From NCBI GenBank assembly GCA_030167145.1, contig CP126532.1, positions 1,770,001 to 1,802,000 on the forward strand: a DNA stretch of 32,000 nt, written 5' to 3'. This DNA is from Ktedonobacterales bacterium. Its GTDB lineage: Bacteria; Chloroflexota; Ktedonobacteria; Ktedonobacterales; JADMIN01. This document shows positions 24,031-32,000 of this stretch, piece by piece (position 1 is the first letter of the stretch; each line of letters opens with the position of its first letter). Under the pieces are notes generated by a model. The model made no database searches and had not been told where the DNA came from. It saw nothing but the letters and a program-made list of their open reading frames with translations. The position numbers and the translations under genes were made by a program.

Positions 24031-26022
24031 GTGGCAGCCAGGAGTCACAGCGTGACAAACCAACGCACCAAGCGCAAACCAAACCAGCCGAACACAACCG
24101 AAGAGACGCCCACCGCAGCGCAACGTGCCCCCAGAGTCCCGCTCAAGCGCGTGCTCGCGCTGCTTCGCCCCTACTCCGGGCGGCTCGTCATTGCCGCGAT
24201 CCTCCTGGTCATCACCACCAGCCTCGGCCTCGTCTTCCCCCTGGTCATCCGCTCGCTGCTCAATACCATTCTCGTCCAGCACGACGAACACCTGCTCAAC
24301 CTGATCGTCGAAGGGCTGCTCATCCTCTTCGTCCTCCAGGCGCTGATCGGCGCCGTCCAAGGCTACCTCGTCACCGCCCTCGGCGAACGGCTCTCCTTCG
24401 ACCTCCGCACCCGCCTCTTCCGCCACCTCCAGATGCTCCCACTCAGCTTCTTCGACCACCGCCGCACCGGCGAACTCATGAGCCGCGTCACCAACGACGT
24501 CACCCTCCTGCAAACCTCGCTCACCAGCAACGTCCTGCCCATCGCCTCCCAGGTCGTCATGCTCGTTGGCAGCATCGCCATCGTCGCCCTCATCAACTGG
24601 CGTATCACCCTCGTCGCCCTCATCGTCACGCCCGTCGCCGTCCTCACCATCGGCCTCCTGGGGCGGCGCATTCGCCAGACCACGCGCGGCGTGCAGGAAG
24701 GGCTGGGCGACGCGGGCACCGTGCTCGAAGAAGCGCTCTCCGCCCCGCGCGTCGTCAAAGCCTTCACCCGCGAAGACTACGAAACCGAACGCTTCACCAC
24801 ACGCATGCGCGGCTCACTCCGCGCTGCCCTCCGCCGCGCCGTCGCGCAGGCGATGTTGGGACCGCTCAGCGGCTTCGTCGGCTTCACCGCCGTCCTCATC
24901 GTCATCTGGTTTGGCGGCCGCGAAGTGCTGGCCGGGCGGCTCACAGCGGGCGATCTCGTCGCCTTCATCTTCTACCTCTTCCTCATCATCAGCCCGCTCA
25001 TCTCGCTCTCCAATCTCTACTCACAGATTCAGGCCGCGCTGGCAGCGGCAGAACGTGTCTTCGAGCTATTGGACGAACCAGTCGAACCTGCGCTCACCAC
25101 AGCCTCCGCCGCGCCGCTCCCACCCTTGCCGCCACTCACCGGCCACATCGCCTTCGACCACGTCTCCTTCGCCTATCCCGCCGACCCGAACCACAGCGCC
25201 AGCGACTCCGCCCCCGCGCAAGCCTCGCCGCCCTCGCAGCCACGCCCCGCCGTGCTGCGCAACGTCACCTTCGCGGCGATGCCGGGGCAGGTCGTCGCCA
25301 TCGTCGGACCCAGCGGCGCGGGCAAAACCACCATGCTCAGCCTCCTGCTCCGCCTCTACGAACTGGATGCCGGCGCCATCCGCGTGGATGACACAGACAT
25401 CCGCAACGTGCAGGTGCGTTCACTCCGCGAGCAAATGGCCGTCGTCCCGCAGGAGCCAGCCATCTTCGGCGATTCGATAGCCGAGAACATCCGCTACGGA
25501 CGGCTGGACGCCTCCGACGAGCAGGTGCGCGCCGCCGCCGCTGCCGCCAATGCGCTGGCATTCATCGAACAACTGCCCGACGGCATGCGGACCATCGTTG
25601 GCGAGCGCGGCGTCAAACTCTCCGCCGGACAGCGCCAGCGTATCGCCATCGCCCGCGCGCTGCTCCACGATCCCCGCATCCTGCTGCTCGACGAAGCGAC
25701 CGCCGCGCTGGATAACGAATCCGAGGCGCTCGTGCAGGACGCCCTCAACCACCTGATGCGCGGTCGCACCACCCTCGTCGTCGCCCACCGCCTCACCACC
25801 ATCGAGCGCGCCGACCTGATTCTGGTACTCAACGACGGCGCGATAGTCGAGCGCGGCACGCACACCGAACTCCTGGCGCGCGAGGGCCTCTACGCACGCC
25901 TCTATACCCGCAACTTCGAGGACCTCGACAGCACGCCCTCCGTAGGGGCGTCCGGCGGACGCCCTTCCTCCGCCATGCAAAACGCCATTGTCACCGTACA
26001 CGAATCCCTCAGCAGCGGATAA
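24031..26022 (+). CDS. ABC exporter, fused permease/ATPase (MsbA/MdlB-type half transporter)
   Basis: N-terminal six-helix TMD (...LVIAAILLVITTSLGLVFPLVIR...). Walker A GPSGAGKTT, signature LSAGQRQRIAIARAL, Walker B ILLLDEATAALD, and an H-loop in TLVVAHRL. The GTG start at 24031 is uncertain. Confidence 0.9.
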   Translation: MAARSHSVTNQRTKRKPNQPNTTEETPTAAQRAPRVPLKRVLALLRPYSGRLVIAAILLVITTSLGLVFPLVIRSLLNTILVQHDEHLLNLIVEGLLILFVLQALIGAVQGYLVTALGERLSFDLRTRLFRHLQMLPLSFFDHRRTGELMSRVTNDVTLLQTSLTSNVLPIASQVVMLVGSIAIVALINWRITLVALIVTPVAVLTIGLLGRRIRQTTRGVQEGLGDAGTVLEEALSAPRVVKAFTREDYETERFTTRMRGSLRAALRRAVAQAMLGPLSGFVGFTAVLIVIWFGGREVLAGRLTAGDLVAFIFYLFLIISPLISLSNLYSQIQAALAAAERVFELLDEPVEPALTTASAAPLPPLPPLTGHIAFDHVSFAYPADPNHSASDSAPAQASPPSQPRPAVLRNVTFAAMPGQVVAIVGPSGAGKTTMLSLLLRLYELDAGAIRVDDTDIRNVQVRSLREQMAVVPQEPAIFGDSIAENIRYGRLDASDEQVRAAAAAANALAFIEQLPDGMRTIVGERGVKLSAGQRQRIAIARALLHDPRILLLDEATAALDNESEALVQDALNHLMRGRTTLVVAHRLTTIERADLILVLNDGAIVERGTHTELLAREGLYARLYTRNFEDLDSTPSVGASGGRPSSAMQNAIVTVHESLSSG

Positions 26023-26092
26023 TCATGCGAGTGAACAAGAATCCGCGCATTGATCGCGCACCGGTCTTGACCTTCCAGCCACTGGAACGTGT

Positions 26093-26668
26093 ATGCTGAT
26101 GGGCGAAGGGGGCAACAGCAACACTATGGCGACGCAAAACAGCGACATCATGCCAGTGTATGGCAACCGTGCGACGCGCAAAGCCGACGGGCACGACGAC
26201 CTCACCATTGGCCAGGTCGCGCGCCTGACCGGCCTCAGCGCCAAAACGATTCGCTACTACGAAGAGATCGGCCTGCTGCCAGCGGCAGGGCGGACGGCCA
26301 ACCGCTACCGCCGCTACGGGCAGGCCGACCTCAACCGGCTGCGGCTGCTGCAACGTATTCGCCTGCTGGGTGTGCCCCTTTCGGCAGCGCGCGACCTGCT
26401 GGCCGCCACCTCCGACGCACGATGCGCCGAGGTGCGCACTGATCTGCTGGGGCTGGTTGACCAGCGCCTGCAAACCCTCGACCAGGAGATCGCCGCGCTG
26501 CGTGGCCTACGGGACGCGGTAGAACGCTACTCGCGCGCACTAGCCGACTGCCATCCCGGCGAGTCCGAGCTATTCAGCTCATGTGATGATATACGCTGTG
26601 TCGTCGAACCAGACGACCTGCACTGTTGTGATGAGGAGAACCCGAATGCGCTATCAAGCTGCGTGTGA
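26093..26668 (+). CDS. MerR-family transcriptional regulator with a Cys-rich C-terminal region
   Basis: LTIGQVARLTGLSAKTIRYYEEIGLLPAAGRTANRYRRYGQADLNRLRLLQRIRLLG is the MerR HTH plus wing. A coiled-coil follows, then ...ADCHPGESELFSSCDDIRCVVEPDDLHCCDEENPNALSSCV*. The start is uncertain (Met codons at 26093-26150). Confidence 0.85.
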   Translation: MLMGEGGNSNTMATQNSDIMPVYGNRATRKADGHDDLTIGQVARLTGLSAKTIRYYEEIGLLPAAGRTANRYRRYGQADLNRLRLLQRIRLLGVPLSAARDLLAATSDARCAEVRTDLLGLVDQRLQTLDQEIAALRGLRDAVERYSRALADCHPGESELFSSCDDIRCVVEPDDLHCCDEENPNALSSCV

Positions 26669-26726
26669 GCCGTGTGATTGCCCGGACGGCGAGTGTTCGT
26701 GCGGGTGTGACTGCGGCTGCTGCTAG
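26646..26726 (+). CDS. Cys-rich mini-ORF (26 aa, 9 Cys); either a metallothionein-like peptide or the frameshifted tail of the MerR protein
   Basis: My manual translation in the frame shifted one nucleotide 3' of the MerR frame: ATG(26646) MRYQAACEPCDCPDGECSCGCDCGCC TAG(26724-26726). It overlaps the MerR stop (26666-26668) and is too short for the ORF track. Confidence 0.4.
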   Translation: MRYQAACEPCDCPDGECSCGCDCGCC

Positions 26727-26736
26727 CCCAATCTTT

Positions 26737-26765
26737 GGCCTCCTTCCCTAAGTGGGAAGGGGGCC
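26737..26765. terminator. Hairpin between convergent genes (possible bidirectional terminator)
   Basis: GGCCTCCTTCCC-taagt-GGGAAGGGGGCC: a 12-bp stem with one mismatch and a 5-nt loop. The flanking U-tracts are weak. Confidence 0.35.
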
Positions 26766-26797
26766 CTTACCATCCCCGCTCGATCACCTTTTGCTAG

Positions 26798-27043
26798 TTA
26801 CCCCAAGTCATCCTTTACCATTTCGCGCGCTTTGTTGAGTTGGTCCTGATAATCGGGCATAAACGGTTCGACAAGTGTACTTTCCAGGGTGGCAAGTATG
26901 TCCCAGAGCACTCGCTGTTCTGCTTGGTGATGGAGAAGTATGCTTTGCACACCCGTCTCCCTCCAGCGGGAAAGCAACTCGAAGAGTACCAACGCCTCTT
27001 CAGCGGTAAGCTCAATCGTGACCTTCTCGCCCGCTTCATTCAC
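26798..27043 (-). CDS. Small hypothetical protein (~81 aa); start uncertain
   Basis: The track ORF 26798..27250 overlaps the divergent gene at 27245, and its first ~70 codons look non-coding. A GTG at 27043 behind AAGGGTGGA gives VNEAGEKVTIELTAEEALVLFELLSRWRETG...KAREMVKDDLG. No family recognised. Confidence 0.4.
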   Translation of the reverse strand: MNEAGEKVTIELTAEEALVLFELLSRWRETGVQSILLHHQAEQRVLWDILATLESTLVEPFMPDYQDQLNKAREMVKDDLG

Positions 27044-27244
27044 GGTGAATCCACCCTTTTCTATTGGAGGCTTCTTGGCATTCAGCCTACCATGTGGCTG
27101 TCTCTGTATGCCTCTTCGCGCTGCTGTTGAACGCTGGCTCCGCGTAACCTCTTGCGTAGTATAGAGCAAGGTTCGCTTGTCTGAGGTAGCGATGACAGCG
27201 GCAGCCGGAACCTCACTCCGGCTGGATAAAGCGGGAGGGGCGGC

Positions 27245-27832
27245 ATGCAAGACTCAATCAGCGTAGGCAATGGCTCCGAGACGAACCGGCGCAAGCCAAG
27301 CCGCGCATGGCTCGCGCTACCACTGGTAGTCTTCGCGCTGGTGGCGCTGACCGTGGGCATGGTGGCGCAACAAACGGTCAGGTCGCCCTATGCCACACCA
27401 TTCTTCCATCTGATTTTCAGCGACACGCTGCACATGAAAGTCTGGCTGGTAACGGCGGCGCTCGTCTTCGGCTTCTTCCAGTTGCTGACGGCGGCGCGTA
27501 TCTACGAACTGCTGCGCTTCCCACCAAAGGGACGCTTCTATAACATCGTACATCGCTGGTCAGGGCGCATCGCCATCGCGCTGACGCTGCCGGTTGCCTA
27601 TCACTGCATCTTTTTGCTCGGCTTCGACAAGTCCGACGCCCGCGTGTATATCCATTCACTGCTCGGATCAAGCATCTATGGCGCATTCCTGGCCAAGGTG
27701 CTGATCGTGCGTGTGAATCGCTTCCCCGGCTGGGCGCTGCCCATCGCGGGCGGCCTACTCTTCGCGATTCTCTTGGGCCTATGGCTCACCTCCGCCGCGT
27801 GGTTCTTTGGCACACACGGCGTCGGTCTGTGA
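27245..27832 (+). CDS. Multi-pass membrane protein with conserved-looking His residues (function unknown)
   Basis: 195 aa with RBS GGGAGGGG. About five hydrophobic helices: WLALPLVVFALVALTVGMV, VWLVTAALVFGFFQLLTAA, IAIALTLPVAYHCIFLLGF, LLGSSIYGAFLAKVLIV and LPIAGGLLFAILLGLWLTSAAWFF. Confidence 0.7.
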   Translation: MQDSISVGNGSETNRRKPSRAWLALPLVVFALVALTVGMVAQQTVRSPYATPFFHLIFSDTLHMKVWLVTAALVFGFFQLLTAARIYELLRFPPKGRFYNIVHRWSGRIAIALTLPVAYHCIFLLGFDKSDARVYIHSLLGSSIYGAFLAKVLIVRVNRFPGWALPIAGGLLFAILLGLWLTSAAWFFGTHGVGL

Positions 27833-27838
27833 TGGCGG

Positions 27839-29302
27839 TCACCGCAACGTAGATGGCAGAATGCTCAGTTGCTCGCGATACTTCGCCACCGTGCGGCGCG
27901 CCACCGGAATACCGCGTGCGCGCAGTAAATCGGCCAGCTCCTGATCGGTCATCGGCTCCTGTTCGCCATCAATCAAATCCTTGATCAAATCTTTGACGCC
28001 CAGGTTAGCCACAAAAAAATGGCTGAACGGAATCACCTCACCGCTCGGCAGCATACAATACTTCGCCGCCGTCGCCCGGCTCACCGTGGACTCATGCATC
28101 CCCAGATCCAGCGCCACCCGTGCGCGGGTCAGGGGCCGCTGCGCGCGGATGCCATAATCCAGAAAGGCCCGCTGCAACTCCACGATATGCTTGGTAATCT
28201 TATAGAGCGTCTGGCGGCGCTGGTTGATGTTCGAGATAAACAGCTTGGCCCGCGACACATACTGCTGAATGTGCCGGCGATCCGACTCGCTCAGCGAGCT
28301 GTGATGGCTGCTTACATCGGCGTACAGTTGCGCGTAGGACGGATTCAGATTCAGAAAGAAGCGCTTCGACTCCACCACCTCCACCTCATAGATACAACTG
28401 CTGGCGCTGGCATCGAAGAGCATTCGCTTGCTGATAATCACATCCGGCAGCACCGCCGTCGTCCGCTCACCCCCCGCGATCAGATTCGCCCCCAGATAGC
28501 CACGCGCCGGATACGGATTCAGGTTGCGGCGCATGAACTCACTCACCGCATGGATTGCGTCAGCCGTCGTGTTCAGAGCAGACGCGATCTGCGTATACTT
28601 GTGCTCGCCCAACTGCATCAGATGGCCCGTAATCACCTCACGCGCAAAAGGCTGCGTCACCCCCTGCGATTCGAGATAACTGAGCTGAATCAACAGGCAT
28701 TCCGGCAGATCGCGTGCGCCCACCCCCAGCGGCTCCATCGCCTGCAGCGAACGCAGAATGGTCTCCACGCGCGCCTCCGGCACGTCGAAGAGATCTACCA
28801 CTTCGTCCACGTCGCAGCGCAGCCGTCCGTTGTCGTCGAGATTCCCCACCAGATATTCGATGATCGGCGCGTCTTCAGGGCCATACTGCGCCTGCAACGA
28901 GAGCGTGAGATGTTCCGCCAGACTGATCTGCGCGGCCACACGTGTGGTCGGATCGAATTCGTCGTCGTCGCTGATCGCCCCGCCCGCAGTACGTCTACTC
29001 CACAGCGCCTGCTCATCGCCAGCATAATCCCCACTCGCGTCGCCGTCCGGCGTGGTGACGGTGGTAGCGGTGGACTGCGCCGCACACGATGCGCAGAAGC
29101 CACCATTTTGCAGTGGGCGGCCACAGTTCAGGCAAATCGAAACATCCTCTTTCTCCAGGGCGGGATTCTCGTCCAGTTCGCGCTGGATCGCCGCTTGCAG
29201 TTCATCCGACGAGAGCGACAGGATATGGTTCGCCGCCACCAATTGCGGCGACGCGACACGGACGGGCAACTGCTGATTGACTTGACCCATGTCCATAGCC
29301 AT
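27839..29302 (-). CDS. rpoN: RNA polymerase sigma-54 factor
   Basis: A region I-like N-terminus (QQLPVRVASPQLVAANHILSLSSDELQAAIQRELDENPALE). The C-terminal DNA-binding part carries an HTH (LDLGMHESTVSRA) and the RpoN box ARRTVAKYRE. RBS AAGGAG lies 9 nt before the ATG at 29302. Confidence 0.9.
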   Translation of the reverse strand: MAMDMGQVNQQLPVRVASPQLVAANHILSLSSDELQAAIQRELDENPALEKEDVSICLNCGRPLQNGGFCASCAAQSTATTVTTPDGDASGDYAGDEQALWSRRTAGGAISDDDEFDPTTRVAAQISLAEHLTLSLQAQYGPEDAPIIEYLVGNLDDNGRLRCDVDEVVDLFDVPEARVETILRSLQAMEPLGVGARDLPECLLIQLSYLESQGVTQPFAREVITGHLMQLGEHKYTQIASALNTTADAIHAVSEFMRRNLNPYPARGYLGANLIAGGERTTAVLPDVIISKRMLFDASASSCIYEVEVVESKRFFLNLNPSYAQLYADVSSHHSSLSESDRRHIQQYVSRAKLFISNINQRRQTLYKITKHIVELQRAFLDYGIRAQRPLTRARVALDLGMHESTVSRATAAKYCMLPSGEVIPFSHFFVANLGVKDLIKDLIDGEQEPMTDQELADLLRARGIPVARRTVAKYREQLSILPSTLR

Positions 29303-29350
29303 AGCGGATCACTCCTTTTTCTGCGGTTGCAACTTGACGTAATCCAAAAC

Positions 29351-29365
29351 GCATCTTCCGTGCCA
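29351..29365 (-). promoter_or_regulatory. Sigma-54-type -24/-12 element (TGGCAC-N5-ATGC) upstream of rpoN itself, next to a TTGACA box
   Basis: Minus strand: TTGACA(29381-29376)taacaaaaatTGGCACggaagATGCg. The GG and GC dinucleotides have the canonical spacing (positions 2-3 and 14-15). The -12 element lies ~50 nt upstream of the rpoN ATG. Confidence 0.4.
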
Positions 29366-29506
29366 ATTTTTGTTATGTCAATTTGTGCGCGCATTGAGGA
29401 TCGCCCTTGTCGGCTATCATGCCGCCGCATACTACCCGCGCGTCCTACCCGCCTGCCCCACTGGTGTACGCCATCCTCGGCACATCCCTGGCCTCAGCAA
29501 TAACTT

Positions 29507-29538
29507 CTGGCAGCCAACACACGTCTGCTGGCTGCCAG
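29507..29538 (-). terminator. Hairpin downstream of the beta-propeller gene (terminator candidate)
   Basis: CTGGCAGCCA-N12-TGGCTGCCAG: perfect 10-bp arms, 44 nt after the stop at 29582. The trailing sequence is only modestly T-rich. Confidence 0.35.
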
Positions 29539-29581
29539 GCACAATCTGCGCCACCGCTGTGGCACGCGCGACATACGCGAG

Positions 29582-31255
29582 CTAGGATGGCCGCAGCGCC
29601 ACCAGCAATCCATCTTGATTGCCCGCGTACAGCGTCCCATCGGCAATCGTCACTGGCCCCCAGAAGAGCTTTCCGCTGCTATCCGTATAGGTCGCCAGGG
29701 TCGAGCCATCCACCGTCGAGAGCGCCACCACCGTATTCCCCACTGGAACCGCCAGCACGCCGGGCGCGCCCGCCAGCGTCCCCAAAATCGGCGTGTTCTG
29801 GAAGCAGGTATGCCACAGCGGCGCGCCATTCAGCGGATTGACCGCCTGGACATTCGCGTTGCACACCTGAATCGTGGCAGGCGGAACGAAAAAGCTCACC
29901 TTATTGCCCGAAAGATACAGCGTCGTCCCATCCCAGACCGCGCCCGCAATCGCCGCCGCGCCACATTGCGGGCAGCTCCCGCCGCTCGCCACCTGCACGC
30001 TCCACTTCGGACCCCGCCCCACATTCAGCGCATCGAAAGCGTAGAACCAGCCGTTCTTGTTGGTCGCGCCGACGAAATATTCGGTGGCCCCATTCCATGT
30101 TGCCGTCCACAATTGCGGGCTGGACCCCCAATCGCTATCGTAAACCAGTTGGCCCGACGGCACCGACCACCGGCCCAGCAGGCTGAAATCACTGGTGCTC
30201 AGCGAGATAATGGATTCTCCGTAAATCTCCGGAGTCGGGCAGCTTCCGCCCGTCGGCGTACCCGCGCTCACGCATCCCTGTGGAGTGTTGCACGTGCCGC
30301 TATTGCCGGTGGCGAAGTAGAGCGCCCCATGCTGTTCATCCACGGCGATGCTGCCCCAGACACTCGCGCCAATGCAGCCACTGGGCACCGTGTAGAAGGT
30401 CTGCTCAACCTGTCCCGTGGTCGCGTTCAGCGCGTAGACGCGGCCCTGTACCAGCGGGCAGTCCCCCAGCGAGGCCATACCCACGTAGATATGCCCATTA
30501 CTGACCGTAGGCGAACTCCACAGATACTCCCCCACCGACGGATCGCCCAGCGTCGTCTGCCACAAGATTGCGCCGGTCAGCGCGTCCAGCGCATAGAACA
30601 CGCCCGCGCCGCCGCTGATATACAGCACGCCATTGGCGATGGTGGGTGTCGCGGCAATGCCAATACTCGATGGCCGGCACTGCGCCGCCTGCATCGTACC
30701 CAAAAACTGCGACCAGACAAGCACACCTGCCGTGGTATAGGCGTATTCATTGCCATCCCACGCGCCGATGTAGACCATCCCATTCACCACCACCGGCTGT
30801 GCCGACAGCGTATTCGGCAGCGTCAGCGTCCATGCGGGCGCCAGCGTGCTCGCGGTCTGCCCCGTCAGCAGCGTCTCATCGCCGTTATAGCTGGTGTGGC
30901 CGAGGTCGTGCAGATACGTGGTCCAGACACTATCCGCCTGCGTCGCGGGCGTGGACGCGCCTGATCCGCCATGCGCCGTCTGCTTGGCTCCAGATGTGCT
31001 CGTGGCCGTAGGCGTCTTCGCGGGCGGCATAGGTGTGCGCGTGGATTGCGGGTGTTGTGCTGCCCCCGCAGCCGAGCCAGCCGCCGAGCCAGTGCTGGCA
31101 CGTGCGTTCACAGGCGCGTTGGCCCCTTGCGCTGGCCGCATATGGCCCGCGGCCAAACCACCTAGCGTCAAGATGCTGGTGAACATCAGACAGATAGCCA
31201 CGGCAATCGCCAGCAGACGGCGTCGCGGCCATGCGGTGAATGGAAACAAATGCAT
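29582..31255 (-). CDS. PQQ-like (BamB/YVTN-type) beta-propeller repeat protein, secreted or membrane-anchored
   Basis: Start at the ATG at 31255 (RBS AGGAGA): MHLFPFTAWPRRRLLAIAVAICLMFTSILTLGGLAAG. A low-complexity linker follows, then repeated blades of the type NGMVYIGAWDGNEYAY, NGVLYISGGAGVFYALDALTGAILWQT, NGHIYVG...GRVYALNATTGQ and GTLYAGNQDGLLVAL. Confidence 0.8.
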   Translation of the reverse strand: MHLFPFTAWPRRRLLAIAVAICLMFTSILTLGGLAAGHMRPAQGANAPVNARASTGSAAGSAAGAAQHPQSTRTPMPPAKTPTATSTSGAKQTAHGGSGASTPATQADSVWTTYLHDLGHTSYNGDETLLTGQTASTLAPAWTLTLPNTLSAQPVVVNGMVYIGAWDGNEYAYTTAGVLVWSQFLGTMQAAQCRPSSIGIAATPTIANGVLYISGGAGVFYALDALTGAILWQTTLGDPSVGEYLWSSPTVSNGHIYVGMASLGDCPLVQGRVYALNATTGQVEQTFYTVPSGCIGASVWGSIAVDEQHGALYFATGNSGTCNTPQGCVSAGTPTGGSCPTPEIYGESIISLSTSDFSLLGRWSVPSGQLVYDSDWGSSPQLWTATWNGATEYFVGATNKNGWFYAFDALNVGRGPKWSVQVASGGSCPQCGAAAIAGAVWDGTTLYLSGNKVSFFVPPATIQVCNANVQAVNPLNGAPLWHTCFQNTPILGTLAGAPGVLAVPVGNTVVALSTVDGSTLATYTDSSGKLFWGPVTIADGTLYAGNQDGLLVALRPS

Positions 31256-31464
31256 GTCATCTCCTATAGCAAAGGAAGAAGTGCGGTCATGCAATGCGGA
31301 CAAAGCGGGAGAGGATGGCCTATCGAGGTGGTTCGTGAAACCATGATGTTAGCGCGGCTTCTTGTTCGGCGATTGGGTTTCCGAGCGCCGATGCGCCGTG
31401 TGCGAGCCGCTCAGCCAAACCGGCATCGCTGCGCTCGATGCTTCCCTTCCTCTATACTAGAGAC

Positions 31465-31516
31465 GCGCAAAGGGAAGAAACGGAACGGGACGCTCCCACG
31501 CTGGGGAACGTCCCGT
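31465..31516 (-). terminator. Rho-independent terminator downstream of rplI
   Basis: Minus strand: ACGGGACGTTCCC-cagcgt-GGGAGCGTCCCGT (a ~13-bp stem including one G-U pair) followed by TCCGTTTCTTCCCTTT. It lies ~75 nt after the stop at 31590. Confidence 0.6.
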
Positions 31517-31589
31517 GTATTCTTCGTCTCGGTTGTGCAGTGATTGCGCCTGGTACGCGCAGGCCGCTTGCGCGGCAAACGCGACCGCG

Positions 31590-32000
31590 CTACGCTTCCG
31601 CGCCTTCTTCGTCCACAGCCTCTTCCGTGGCCGTTACGTCTGCGCCAGTCTCTTCCAATGTCTCCTTGGAGACGATGCGCACCTTGACCTTCGGCTCAAC
31701 ACCCTGGGCGATACGCACCGGCACCTCGAACTCTCCAAGCTGGCGCAGCGGCTCGCGCAGGTGGATCAGCCGACGATCAATGTTGATGTCTTCCAGTTCG
31801 AGCAATGCTTCCGCGATGTTCTGGCTGGTGACCGAGCCATAGAGGCGGTCGCCCTGACCTACCCGCACGGCAAAGGTCAGCACGCTCCGTTCGATACGCG
31901 CGGCCAGCGCCTCATTCGACTCGCGCTGCCGCTGCACACGTCGCTGCGCGGCGGCGACGCGCTCGCGCAGATTGGCCAGCTCACTGGCGGTTGCCGCCGT
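31590..32000 (-). CDS. rplI: 50S ribosomal protein L9; the N-terminus lies beyond the right window edge
   Basis: ...RLYGSVTSQNIAEALLELEDINIDRRLIHLREPLRQLGEFEVPVRIAQGVEPKVKV... matches the L9 C-terminal domain pattern (LFGSVT..DIA; the I.L..PIK..G). The frame stays open from 31937 to 32000 (...TAATASELANLRERVAAAQRRVQ...). It ends in an acidic tail. Confidence 0.85.
   Translation of the reverse strand, partial: TAATASELANLRERVAAAQRRVQRQRESNEALAARIERSVLTFAVRVGQGDRLYGSVTSQNIAEALLELEDINIDRRLIHLREPLRQLGEFEVPVRIAQGVEPKVKVRIVSKETLEETGADVTATEEAVDEEGAEA

Noticed and set aside
22396-25391. Long plus-strand ORFs (536 aa at 22396-24006; 710 aa at 23259-25391; 274 aa at 23231-24055) across the repeat array
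   Set aside because: Their only 'motifs' (KIGRIGN, NRQNRQ, KSAESAT) are the nucleotide repeat read in three frames. The rest is Pro/Arg-rich. They also run out of frame into the real ABC transporter gene.
27044-27250. The long (150-aa) version of the minus-strand ORF 26798-27250
   Set aside because: Its 5' end overlaps the start and RBS of the divergent membrane-protein gene (27245). The extra N-terminal ~70 residues are Arg/Ala/Ser-rich with no features. A shorter GTG start with an RBS is more plausible, though still uncertain.

Overview
High-GC bacterial chromosome segment; the protein styles suggest a monoderm Chloroflexota/Ktedonobacteria-like organism, but that is a low-confidence inference. 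Almost all genes are on the minus strand.

The centrepiece is a ~17 kb Rhs/YD-repeat polymorphic-toxin island (about 5830-22880). It contains:
- a LuxR-type HTH gene;
- a full-length 2247-aa Rhs protein with a Sec-like N-terminus. Its C-terminal tip carries a cytidine-deaminase-type zinc signature (HAE ... PCSPFC);
- a HEAT-like putative immunity gene;
- three promoterless orphan Rhs-CT toxin cassettes, each followed by its own RBS-bearing putative immunity gene;
- a doubly truncated 880-aa Rhs core remnant that marks the island edge.

The cassettes are stitched together by near-identical core-end homology blocks, including a 158-bp perfect repeat.

Left flank:
- a membrane protein missed by the ORF track because it is open to the window edge;
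- a TIR-domain protein with a C-terminal TM anchor;
- two YkuD L,D-transpeptidases;
- a VOC / SRPBCC / ArsR trio.

Right flank:
- an ~800-bp non-coding mosaic repeat array built around a 21-nt anchor (AAAATCGGCAGAATCGGCAAC);
- an MsbA-type ABC exporter;
- a MerR regulator whose 3' end overlaps an out-of-frame mini-ORF with 9 Cys in 20 residues;
- a small hypothetical gene and a multi-pass membrane protein;
- rpoN, which has an inserted CxxC-x9-CxxC motif and a sigma-54-type -24/-12 element in its own upstream region;
- a PQQ-like beta-propeller protein;
- the 3' part of rplI.

No transposase, integrase, CRISPR array, tRNA or rRNA was recognised. All calls rest on reading the sequence and ORF translations by eye. 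No database search was run.
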